Shown: one piece after another, positions 16,698 through 24,953 of the stretch | Layout of the letters: every line of letters starts with the position of its first letter | Numbering within the stretch: the stretch's first letter is position 1 | From: Bdellovibrionota bacterium | GTDB lineage: Bacteria; Bdellovibrionota; Bdellovibrionia; Bdellovibrionales; JAMPXM01 | NCBI GenBank assembly: GCA_963170185.1 | Contig: CAUJGS010000106.1 | Coordinates: 2,905-66,904, forward strand | DNA length: 64,000 nt | Direction: 5' to 3' | The notes under the pieces: generated by a model | What the model was told of the DNA's origin: nothing | Seen by the model: only the letters and a program-made list of their open reading frames with translations | Database searches by the model: none | Made by a program: the position numbers and the translations under genes

Positions 16698-17396
16698 ATG
16701 CCGAATCATCACTCCGATATTCTTAACCTCGCGAAAAAACATATTGTTCAAACGCCTTTCGAACTTTCGCTGGACAGTTTTCAGCTTCACGCGATTTTCA
16801 CCGTTTCTTCAAAAGTTCATAGGTTTGATTCGGGTTCGCTCTTCTTCTACGTACAAGAAGGCACTGTGGAACTTGACGGCGAAAACTCTCATGTTCGCGT
16901 GGGAGCCCGACACTACCTCTCGAGAAAGGCGCCCTTCTCCGTCAAGCTACATCCGAATACTTTTCTCGTGTTCGTCCATACCCCCGCCGAACACAAAGTT
17001 CTAGACACGGTAGGTGGGCCCATCGAGGAGGTCGGCAGACTCCGCTACATCGACAACTGCAGTGACACTCTACTCCTGGCGCCGGTCTTGCTTGGCGAAC
17101 CTTGCCTCAATCTGCTTCACTTCCCCCCGCAAACCAACCAAACAAGCCACTATCACCCGAGCTTCAGATTCGGAATCATTACTCGCGGCTCCGGCGTATG
17201 CCATCAAGAGAACAAGGCCTCAACTCAGCTGAACACGGGCGATGTTTTTGTCATTCCCAAAAATATTATGCACAGCTTCTCCACCGAGACGGAGTCGATG
17301 GATGTGATTGCCTTTCACCCGGATAGCGACTGGGGCCCAACAAACTCCAATCACCCCATGATCAATCGCACCTGGGTGAACGGAAAAAAAATATGA
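16698..17396 (+). CDS. cupin-domain protein
   Basis: HYHPSFRFGIITRGSGVCH ... GDVFVIPKNIMHSF fits the two cupin motifs. Its stop overlaps the next gene's ATG (ATGA). Confidence 0.6.
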   Translation: MPNHHSDILNLAKKHIVQTPFELSLDSFQLHAIFTVSSKVHRFDSGSLFFYVQEGTVELDGENSHVRVGARHYLSRKAPFSVKLHPNTFLVFVHTPAEHKVLDTVGGPIEEVGRLRYIDNCSDTLLLAPVLLGEPCLNLLHFPPQTNQTSHYHPSFRFGIITRGSGVCHQENKASTQLNTGDVFVIPKNIMHSFSTETESMDVIAFHPDSDWGPTNSNHPMINRTWVNGKKI

Positions 17397-18970
17397 GTTC
17401 GCTTCGGCTGTTTAACGGATCTGAGATGGACCAGACCGAAATGCGATATTCGGAATTTCGCGACTTGATTCGGCTTCACTGTGACAACCCCGATGTCTTT
17501 ATTGAATACCATGTCGACGGTGTCGAAAAATCAACGCTGACGTTCCAAGACTTCTGCAAACTCGCATTAGGTTGCTCAAAAGAGTTAAAGCAGTCATTCC
17601 AGCTCGACAACAGCTCGAAAATTGCGGTCGTCCTCGAAAACTCTCCGGAAGCATTGATTTGGTACTCGGCCGTCATGCTCTTGGGCTATCCACTGATTCC
17701 GCTGGATCCCAATCAAGATCGCAGCTACTACCAAGAAGTCTCGTCTAAACTCAAATGTGACGCCGTGGTCGCAAACACTGGCCACGTGTCCCTGAACGTC
17801 TTCAGACAAACCGTCAAATCAAGACCTTTAGAAGAGCTGAGTACTGCCAGCGCTCTGGAGCTGCCACCATCACTCAAACAAGAGCAACCTCTCGTTATCT
17901 TCAGCTCTTCAGGAACAACTGGTCGCTCGAAAGGAATCGCGCAAAACTTCCACGCCCTTCTTGCCAATTCGATTGCCACAATTAAAGCGCATTCGATCGA
18001 CCCCAATACTCGCCATTTCTGTATTCTCCCTGTATTTCACGTGAATGCTTTCTCATTCTCTTTTCTTACCTCCCTCGTGGCGGGCAATACCGTCATCTTA
18101 AACTATCGTTTTTTTCTTCCTCGATTCTGGGAAACCGTAAATAAAACCAGGCCGCACATTGTAAGCGCCATCCCTCCAATCATACGGCTGCTGGAAGAGG
18201 ATCCTCGTAAAACAGAGATTCCAAAATCGCTGAAATACTTCGTCACCGCCGCGACCCATCTTGGCAAACAAACTCAACTGCGATTCATACAGCGATTTGG
18301 AATTCGAATCATCCAGGCCTACGGACTCTCGGAAACAGTGAACTTTTCGACCACTGTCCCAACTGACCTCAGCGAAAAACAGTACTCTGAACTCATCGCC
18401 GCCGACGAACGCACGACGATTGGAACAGCCGTTTGGGGAAACAACGTTTTTGTCCTTGATTCGAAAGATAGGCCCATTGACTCGGACAATACCGAAGGCG
18501 AGATCGCTATTCGTGGCTGGAATGTGATGCAGGGGTATTTCGAATCGCCGACCGAAACGGAAAACAGTTTTCGCAGCGGCTACTTTCACACGGGAGATCT
18601 GGGCTATTTCCGGACCTTCCAAGGCCAGCGCTACTACTATCTGAGCGGGAGAATCAAAGAGATAGCGAAAGTAAACGGGGTTTTATTTCATCTGAATCAA
18701 ATTGACGAGGCGATCCTCACGACTGGTGCAGCAAAGGACGTTTGCGCAGTCTGCTTTCTGGATAAAAACGACGAAGAACAGGTTGGTCTATTGGTTGTGC
18801 CGCAAACACAATTCGAACTTTCAGCTTTCAAACGTCAGTTAAAGACGGTCCTTCCAAAGGGTCTCTCAATCCAAAAAGTCATTCTCGCCGACTCCATTCC
18901 AACTACACCGTCAGGAAAGAAGAAAAGAGATCTGGTTGCAAAGACGGTTTTCCAGACAGGAAAGGGCTAG
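17393..18970 (+). CDS. adenylate-forming enzyme (AMP-dependent ligase, DltA-like)
   Basis: Core motifs are present: SSSGTTGRSKGI, YGLSET, GEIAIRGWNVMQGY, FHTGDLGY, GRIKEIAKVNG, PTTPSGKKKR. Confidence 0.85.
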   Translation: MSSLRLFNGSEMDQTEMRYSEFRDLIRLHCDNPDVFIEYHVDGVEKSTLTFQDFCKLALGCSKELKQSFQLDNSSKIAVVLENSPEALIWYSAVMLLGYPLIPLDPNQDRSYYQEVSSKLKCDAVVANTGHVSLNVFRQTVKSRPLEELSTASALELPPSLKQEQPLVIFSSSGTTGRSKGIAQNFHALLANSIATIKAHSIDPNTRHFCILPVFHVNAFSFSFLTSLVAGNTVILNYRFFLPRFWETVNKTRPHIVSAIPPIIRLLEEDPRKTEIPKSLKYFVTAATHLGKQTQLRFIQRFGIRIIQAYGLSETVNFSTTVPTDLSEKQYSELIAADERTTIGTAVWGNNVFVLDSKDRPIDSDNTEGEIAIRGWNVMQGYFESPTETENSFRSGYFHTGDLGYFRTFQGQRYYYLSGRIKEIAKVNGVLFHLNQIDEAILTTGAAKDVCAVCFLDKNDEEQVGLLVVPQTQFELSAFKRQLKTVLPKGLSIQKVILADSIPTTPSGKKKRDLVAKTVFQTGKG

Positions 18971-18972
18971 CT

Positions 18973-19221
18973 TTGGGCGTGGAAAAGCAAACAATTCGCG
19001 ACGAGATCTGCAGAAGATTCGACATTCCGCCTGAAAGCCTGAGCGATGACGACAATCTGTTTCGAGGCTTTATCGATTCGCTGAGCTTTCTAGATTATGC
19101 AAAGTTGGTTCAGGCAATCGCTCAGAAGTCCGGCAAACAATTTGATCTCGAGCATTTTTTGCTTTCAGAAGTATTCTCCATAAACGCGATCACCTCTTAC
19201 TTAGAAACGAGTCACAGTTGA
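18973..19221 (+). CDS. acyl/peptidyl carrier protein (DltC-like)
   Basis: 82 aa with a TTG start 2 nt after the ligase stop. It has the phosphopantetheine-Ser context GFIDSLSFLDY. Confidence 0.7.
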   Translation: MGVEKQTIRDEICRRFDIPPESLSDDDNLFRGFIDSLSFLDYAKLVQAIAQKSGKQFDLEHFLLSEVFSINAITSYLETSHS

Positions 19222-20276
19222 GCCGGGCCAAATGGCGACTACTGCCGGTAGCGGTGCTCATTTTTTCTTCGGGCATCTTGATTGCGGAAGGTGGCCTTCG
19301 TCTACTTGGCGTCGAGCCGGGACTCAGCATTGTTCATCGCCTAAACCCCTACCAGTTTGATCCCGAACTCGGCTGGGCGACTCGTCCTCATTCCTCGTTT
19401 CTTCGCTCGAGTCCAGAATACATTCACTACAATTACTACGACAAAGATGGACTACCGGCGACATTCGAAAACCGTAACGGTCAAATCACTCCCGAGGCGC
19501 CTAAGATTGTCCTGATCGGCAATAGCTACGTTGAAAGCTACTATGTGCCTTACAAAAAGAGCTTTCCGGCCATACTCGACGAATCTCTGCGAGCAAGCGG
19601 AAAGCGTGTATTAAACCTCGGTGTCAGCGGCTACACGCCCGCGCAATACCTTCTGCAAGCCCGCAGACATCTGCCTAAACACAACGTCGACTCGGTATTC
19701 GTGTTTCTTGTCCCTTACCAAGACATTCGCTTCTTGAATTCACCTTTTTTTCCAGGCGGATATCCGAAGCCGATCTTTGGTGAACGCCTCGATTCGCCGC
19801 TCAATACACCACTGTCTGTTTCACTTTTGAAAAAATCAAAAACCAGGCAGCTCGAGGACTATTCGGCTTTACTGACCGTCTTGCAGCCTCTGCTGTTTAA
19901 GTGGATTGGCTACCGAAACGCCATCTATGATTACCCGATAGATTTCGACAAGATGTTGTTTTCCGTCGATGAGTTCGGAGACGCGCTTCGATACTCGAAA
20001 CAGATTCAAACCGAGCTGGGCTCTAAAGCCAACGTCTTTACCGTTTATGCCCCAACGGAGTTCGAATATCACGATGACAGAATTTCAAAAAATCTGGTCG
20101 CATTTCGACAAGCATGCGACCAGCTACTTGTTCGATGCCTGGTACCGCCTCATGTTGAGTTTCCACCTGGAGGCAACTTTCAGGTCTTATATTATGAGAA
20201 AGATCGTCATCCGAGCTCAACAGGAGCCGCGCTAATTGCCGATTTCCTCGTCGGCTTTATCAAAAACAACCCATGA
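19218..20276 (+). CDS. membrane-anchored SGNH/DltD-like (AlgX/AlgJ-like) acyltransferase or esterase
   Basis: The TTG start overlaps the carrier stop (TTGA). It has an N-terminal TM segment, block-I-like IVLIGNSYVES, and block-V-like EKDRHPS (DxxH). Confidence 0.55.
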   Translation: MSRAKWRLLPVAVLIFSSGILIAEGGLRLLGVEPGLSIVHRLNPYQFDPELGWATRPHSSFLRSSPEYIHYNYYDKDGLPATFENRNGQITPEAPKIVLIGNSYVESYYVPYKKSFPAILDESLRASGKRVLNLGVSGYTPAQYLLQARRHLPKHNVDSVFVFLVPYQDIRFLNSPFFPGGYPKPIFGERLDSPLNTPLSVSLLKKSKTRQLEDYSALLTVLQPLLFKWIGYRNAIYDYPIDFDKMLFSVDEFGDALRYSKQIQTELGSKANVFTVYAPTEFEYHDDRISKNLVAFRQACDQLLVRCLVPPHVEFPPGGNFQVLYYEKDRHPSSTGAALIADFLVGFIKNNP

Positions 20277-20298
20277 TCCAACGCCTACTCTAAAGTTC

Positions 20299-22665
20299 TC
20301 AGTGGACGCCGTGGCCTTTGTGAGAATCAGTCGATGAAGAACCCGTGAGCGGCACCGTCGCAATCTCAAGCTCTTCAGGCTTCGCCTGCCCCTCTGTGAT
20401 TCGGTATCGCTTGTTAAGAGCAAGATCGCGTACAGTCTGCCGCGTTCCCGATCCCTGCCACTCGATCTCAAGAGACAAGAGTTCCTTGGCTTTTCCTAGC
20501 CCAATGGTGGAAGTGCTTGGATTCGTCCCAAAGCTTCCAGAGGCCCCATGCCAATTGTAGAACTTCGCGACTCGACCATCTTCCATTTTCACGGTTGCGA
20601 TCAACCGAGAATGCAGCCCTCGCCGATTGGCCTTCGTGCCTAATAACTCGATTTGGACATAGCGATTGTCGGCAAACCCCGGATTCTTAAAAACCGCTGG
20701 GAAATACCGGTCGCCATGCGAGGAACCACCCTGTTGCAAAACGATCTCAGAGAACCCATCTCCGTCCAAATCCGCGAATGAAATTCCATGCCCCTTCTGC
20801 AAAGAACCCACTCGCGCATTCGACGTCACGTTATAAAACCGCCCCTCCGAAGAGTTGACGTAGAGATGATTGGGCTCAAGATCTCCCAAACTATTGGCGC
20901 CTGTTCCGACATAAATATCTTTGAAGCCGTCGTTGTCGACGTCACCGAAATTGACCGACATCACAAGACTCATCTTATCGAGATGAACCTTCTGGCTCAC
21001 ATCCTCAAACACTCGCTTGCCATTATTTCGGTACATCCGCTGAATCTCGCCCTTGTTGGGAAGCCCCTTTAGCCATTTCGCGAAGTTGTCGATGTCGGGA
21101 GCAAAAGCCGCAAAGAAAATGTCTTGATAACCGTCATTGTCGTAATCAAAGACCGCTGTCGGAAACCCGTATTCCGGCGCCTTGATCAAGGGTTGCTTCT
21201 CGGAAAGTTTAAAACGACCCGAGCCATCACCATAAAATATCCGGTTGGGTCCGGCGTAGTTTGAAAAGATGAGATCTAAATTTCCGTCATTGTCGAGATC
21301 CGCCAGGATACTGCCTTTGCCAATCGCTCGATTGACCACCCCCGACTGTTTCGTGAAGTTTTCGAAATGAGTCTTTCGATTGAGAAAAATCTCCGAGTCC
21401 GAAGATTCATTGGAGACAAACAGATCCAACAACCCGTCGCTGTCGATATCTCCCCAGTTCGCCGAAAGCGTGCTGTTCGGCGTTGTCCGCAAGCCTAACT
21501 CAACCGTGCGGTCGACAAACTTTCCGCCCCCGACGTTTTCCATCAGCGTGTTGTAAACAAATCCACCTTGCGTCGGATAGTCCCCGCCGCCCGGATGCCA
21601 AGCACCGCGCGTGATGAAGAGATCCAGATCCCCATCGTTGTCGTAATCCGCGCTCAACACAAGCCCGGCCCCTAGCTGAGTTGCGAGCCCCGCTTCCTTG
21701 GTGCGATTCACAAAGAGATGTTGTTTCGGGTCATACTGGAAATATTTAACCGACTCACACTGGTTCAATGAACCGAATATGATATCCGGGTAGCCATCAC
21801 CATTGAAATCGTCGACAGCCACTCCGCCGAAATTGGCCTGTTCGCGAATTCCGATTTCATCGGTAACGTTTTGAAATGCTGGGAACGCTTTTTCAGCAGC
21901 GATTTTGTCCAACGGTACCAAGTATTTCGCCGGCACCTCGTTAGGGTACGTCCCCAGTGTCATGTGAAGAATGTTGACCAACCACTGGATGTGATCATCG
22001 TTCGGAACGGCTTCAAGGTATTTGTAGAACGTCGCCAAAGCCGCGCGCGAGCCGTTTTTGTCGATATGACGTGCTCGCTCGGAAAGCGGAAAGATACAGC
22101 TGTCGCCGTTATGATTCTTGATACAGTTCGTGATCTCTCCCAAGCGCAGCTGCACAACCCCTTTCATCGCCAGAATTTCCAAAGCTCGTGCGTGACCGTG
22201 TTTTTGTGCGTACTGGTAGGCGGTCTCGAATGCTTTCTCCGCCTCAACGAGAGTTTTTTCTTTGAACGCCAAGATGTATGCCTTGTCCACCAAGTCCTGC
22301 ACAGCCTGGTCAGGATTGGTGTCCTTGGATGCGCGGAATCGCTTCTCGAGATCCTTCAACGCCGTATCTTGACAGTTTTGGATAGCGGCACAGCGATTCG
22401 GGGCTCCGCGATCCGCATAGCGAAAACAAATGCGTTTGCCGTCGACGGCGATCCGGGAATCCATCTCGATTCGAAATCCGCGTTTGCGAAAGTCGTAATC
22501 CAAACTCGTCATCTCGGCGTCTTCTGGAGAAAGCGCTTGGTCAGGATTTTTCGGCTTAAGATAGGGCTCGGCCAGAATGAATCCAACTAAACCGACAAAA
22601 ACCAGAACTAAAACCCAACGTCTTTTCTGATCCACGACTTCCCCTCCCCGTAACTGCGACACCAT
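20299..22665 (-). CDS. CRTAC1-family FG-GAP/VCBS repeat protein with an ASPIC/UnbV-like C-terminus
   Basis: It has an N-terminal TM segment and seven D-x-(D/N)-x-D-G-x-x-D repeats, for example VDDFNGDGYPDIIFG, DYDNDGDLDLFIT and LDNDGNLDLIFSN. The C-terminus reads RYVQIELLGTKANRRGL...GLGKA. Confidence 0.8.
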   Translation of the reverse strand: MVSQLRGGEVVDQKRRWVLVLVFVGLVGFILAEPYLKPKNPDQALSPEDAEMTSLDYDFRKRGFRIEMDSRIAVDGKRICFRYADRGAPNRCAAIQNCQDTALKDLEKRFRASKDTNPDQAVQDLVDKAYILAFKEKTLVEAEKAFETAYQYAQKHGHARALEILAMKGVVQLRLGEITNCIKNHNGDSCIFPLSERARHIDKNGSRAALATFYKYLEAVPNDDHIQWLVNILHMTLGTYPNEVPAKYLVPLDKIAAEKAFPAFQNVTDEIGIREQANFGGVAVDDFNGDGYPDIIFGSLNQCESVKYFQYDPKQHLFVNRTKEAGLATQLGAGLVLSADYDNDGDLDLFITRGAWHPGGGDYPTQGGFVYNTLMENVGGGKFVDRTVELGLRTTPNSTLSANWGDIDSDGLLDLFVSNESSDSEIFLNRKTHFENFTKQSGVVNRAIGKGSILADLDNDGNLDLIFSNYAGPNRIFYGDGSGRFKLSEKQPLIKAPEYGFPTAVFDYDNDGYQDIFFAAFAPDIDNFAKWLKGLPNKGEIQRMYRNNGKRVFEDVSQKVHLDKMSLVMSVNFGDVDNDGFKDIYVGTGANSLGDLEPNHLYVNSSEGRFYNVTSNARVGSLQKGHGISFADLDGDGFSEIVLQQGGSSHGDRYFPAVFKNPGFADNRYVQIELLGTKANRRGLHSRLIATVKMEDGRVAKFYNWHGASGSFGTNPSTSTIGLGKAKELLSLEIEWQGSGTRQTVRDLALNKRYRITEGQAKPEELEIATVPLTGSSSTDSHKGHGVH

Positions 22666-22687
22666 CGTAACGATACGAAACGACAGT

Positions 22688-22713
22688 CTCCGTGTTCAAT
22701 CCTGAACACGGAG
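22688..22713 (-). terminator. perfect 11-bp hairpin between the 22776 gene and the CRTAC1 gene
   Basis: CTCCGTGTTCA-atcc-TGAACACGGAG. On the minus strand it is followed by a moderately U-rich acugucguuucguaucg. Confidence 0.5.
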
Positions 22714-22775
22714 TGCCATTATGCGTTGTCGCTATAAATGGAGGGCGGAAATCAAATCGAGGCTCCGCCGAGCCC

Positions 22776-23456
22776 TCACGAGGCCGTCGGTGGAGGAAGA
22801 GGCTGAGTCACTCTTTGTGAGTCGGGCTTCGACTCTGTCCCCTGCGCTTTAACTCCGCTCGTGTCCACCTTTGGTGGGCCGACTTGAGCTGGCGCAGCCG
22901 ATTGTTGCTCTGGCAGACTCACAACCTCCGCAGGAACCGCTGAAGCCTCGGCAACTTCCGCCGCTGTCGCTGGCGCTTGAGTCGTCTTCTTTTTTCCGGC
23001 CTCTTTGGGTGGCGTCGTCGTGATGCCCTTCATGTCGACCTGATCACCGATCATGATCGCTTCGAACTCCAGCGTCGGACGGTCCTCGTTCCCCAGTTCT
23101 TGCACCAAACGTGCGACGGTCAGTCCTCGATCGACGTGAATCACGACGACGTTTCCAACTGGTACCGTCAGCACGGCTTGTTGTTTGTTCTGAATCGGGT
23201 CATGCACCGGAAGCGATCGGCGAATCGGAAGATACTGGCCGCGCTTGAAGCCCGCTTCCGAACCCGCATTGATATAAAAATCGTGATACGCTTTTTCCGT
23301 CGGCTCCATCGGGAGCGACTTGCGCACATCAAAAATTGCGGGAACTTCATCACGTGTCGAACGCTCGCGTGTTTGTTCTTGTGCGTTCACATGTGACGCC
23401 GCAAACAAGACTGCGGCTATCGCGATCCCTCGCAAACAGAATTGAACCATGTCCAA
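22776..23456 (-). CDS. secreted hypothetical protein
   Basis: 226 aa with signal peptide ..IAIAAVLFAASHVNAQE. The C-terminal third is P/A/Q/T-rich and low-complexity. Confidence 0.5.
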   Translation of the reverse strand: MDMVQFCLRGIAIAAVLFAASHVNAQEQTRERSTRDEVPAIFDVRKSLPMEPTEKAYHDFYINAGSEAGFKRGQYLPIRRSLPVHDPIQNKQQAVLTVPVGNVVVIHVDRGLTVARLVQELGNEDRPTLEFEAIMIGDQVDMKGITTTPPKEAGKKKTTQAPATAAEVAEASAVPAEVVSLPEQQSAAPAQVGPPKVDTSGVKAQGTESKPDSQRVTQPLPPPTAS

Positions 23457-23617
23457 AACCCTTCCTTGGCGGGCACCGTCCTGGCCTCCCTCGGAAAAGC
23501 GCCTTACTGGCTATGGACTTTATCGGTTAAGCGCCGTCTCAGGTTGAGTCTTGCTCCCACAAACCAGTCTCGGCCTTGGTCTCGGCGTCGCTCTTCTGGA
23601 ATCTCACTCACGACATG

Positions 23618-23647
23618 TAAAAGAAAAAGAGGGCCTAAAAGCCCTCT
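23618..23647 (-). terminator. rho-independent terminator downstream of fliW
   Basis: The minus-strand RNA reads AGAGGGC-UUUUAG-GCCCUCU, followed by UUUUCUUUUAC. Confidence 0.65.
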
Positions 23648-23660
23648 CGTTCCGATCAAT

Positions 23661-23703
23661 TTACGCACCGCAAATCAAAAAACTCAAAAAACAAGGCGGT
23701 ACC
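23661..23703 (-). repeat. stop-codon-adjacent repeat, copy C
   Basis: The minus strand reads GGTACCGCCTTGTTTTTTGA[GTTTTTTGA]TTTGCGGTGCGTAA, beginning 1 nt after the fliW TAA. The first 20 nt are identical to copies A and B. It contains a 9-nt internal duplication. Confidence 0.7.
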
Positions 23704-23704
23704 T

Positions 23705-24232
23705 TTAGGCGGTGGGTTCTGGGAGACGTACGGCGACGCCCCAGTCGGAAGCTTGAGTCTTGATAGACGTCTGCGGGTTTTGAACCACGCGGCTTTGCAG
23801 CTTCGCAAAGATCGGCTCGCGAATGGCGAGGTTGTTATCTTGAAGAACGATCTGGCGAGCCATGCGTTTTGCGACGTTGATCACGACTGGCGCTTTGAGA
23901 TTCGCCGTCATCTGAGTTGGATCTTCCGGAACCGTGATGATTGCAAACGAGCGAACACCAGTCGCCGTTTTGAGTTCGAGGCTCTCGAGATCATGTTTTG
24001 TGAGGTTGAGCTGATAGTTCGCCGTGAAAAGCTCTGGTTCAAGAACTGGGAATGCGATCTGTGGAATTTCACAGCTCTGGAGCCATGCGAAGATCTCATC
24101 CGACGGATCGTCGACTAGAACAAATCTTCGAAGATCCGCGAATCCAAGAATCCCCTCTGGGAACAGGATCAAGTCCTCTTCCGCACACTGAACGATTCCG
24201 AATCGCGAAGTCTGAATTTGTATGGCTGCCAC
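23705..24232 (-). CDS. fliW: flagellar assembly factor FliW
   Basis: It has a GTG start with GGAGG 6 nt upstream. ..IQTSRFGIVQCAEEDLILFPEGILGF..FVLVDD..FAWLQS.. is the typical FliW N-terminus. Confidence 0.85.
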   Translation of the reverse strand: MAAIQIQTSRFGIVQCAEEDLILFPEGILGFADLRRFVLVDDPSDEIFAWLQSCEIPQIAFPVLEPELFTANYQLNLTKHDLESLELKTATGVRSFAIITVPEDPTQMTANLKAPVVINVAKRMARQIVLQDNNLAIREPIFAKLQSRVVQNPQTSIKTQASDWGVAVRLPEPTA

Positions 24233-24631
24233 TTACGCCCTCCGCCCATTTTTAGCGTCGTCCGCTGTCGTGCAAAAATGCCCGACATCCAACTGACACC
24301 TCGGACTCTCATTTCGGTGAATGGTATGGACCATCGTCTCGAAATTTTGAACCCGACCCTCAAACTTAAGCGTAGTGACCTGATTTTCCCTTACGCAAGA
24401 AAAAATTCAGTCAAAGTGGAGAAGTCTGTGCGAAAGGGATGAAAAACAATGTGGATAAGCCCGCGCGGCGCATAACACACCGCCGCGACCAACGCGTACT
24501 CGAGCAAGCAACACCCTATCCCAACCTTTCGTCTCGGAAGAGCCTCGCGCTTTGGGCGCTCTCGTCCTCGCTGCATCGAAAGCAGTACGCTGGCGAGCCC
24601 TGCCTCATGGAGGGTGCCTGCACGGAGTCCG

Positions 24632-24859
24632 CTAGGGCTTAAGCAGCTTGGCGACGGCGCGAGTGGACTCGCTCGTCGTATTCACCGACTCGGTGTTTTG
24701 GCTCTGAATCGCAAGGTAAACTTCCTCGCGGTGGATTTTAGTATCTTTCGGTGCTTCGATCCCCAGTCGAACCTGCTTGCCCTTGATTTGGACAACACGG
24801 ATTTTAATATGGTCATCGATCGCAATTGATTCGCCGAGTTTTCTGGTAAGCACCAGCAT
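24632..24859 (-). CDS. csrA: carbon storage regulator CsrA
   Basis: [48 protein letters not shown], followed by a C-terminal extension. The start is taken at MLVLTRK rather than at the ORF-track start of 24886. Confidence 0.92.
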   Translation of the reverse strand: MLVLTRKLGESIAIDDHIKIRVVQIKGKQVRLGIEAPKDTKIHREEVYLAIQSQNTESVNTTSESTRAVAKLLKP

Positions 24860-24953
24860 TCGGTTCTCCTTCAACGTCCTGGTCAAAGTGTCCGGTACAA
24901 CGTTCTTCGTTCTCCTTAACGGAAGAAAAAGAGCGCCGCTTTAGCTACTTTTG

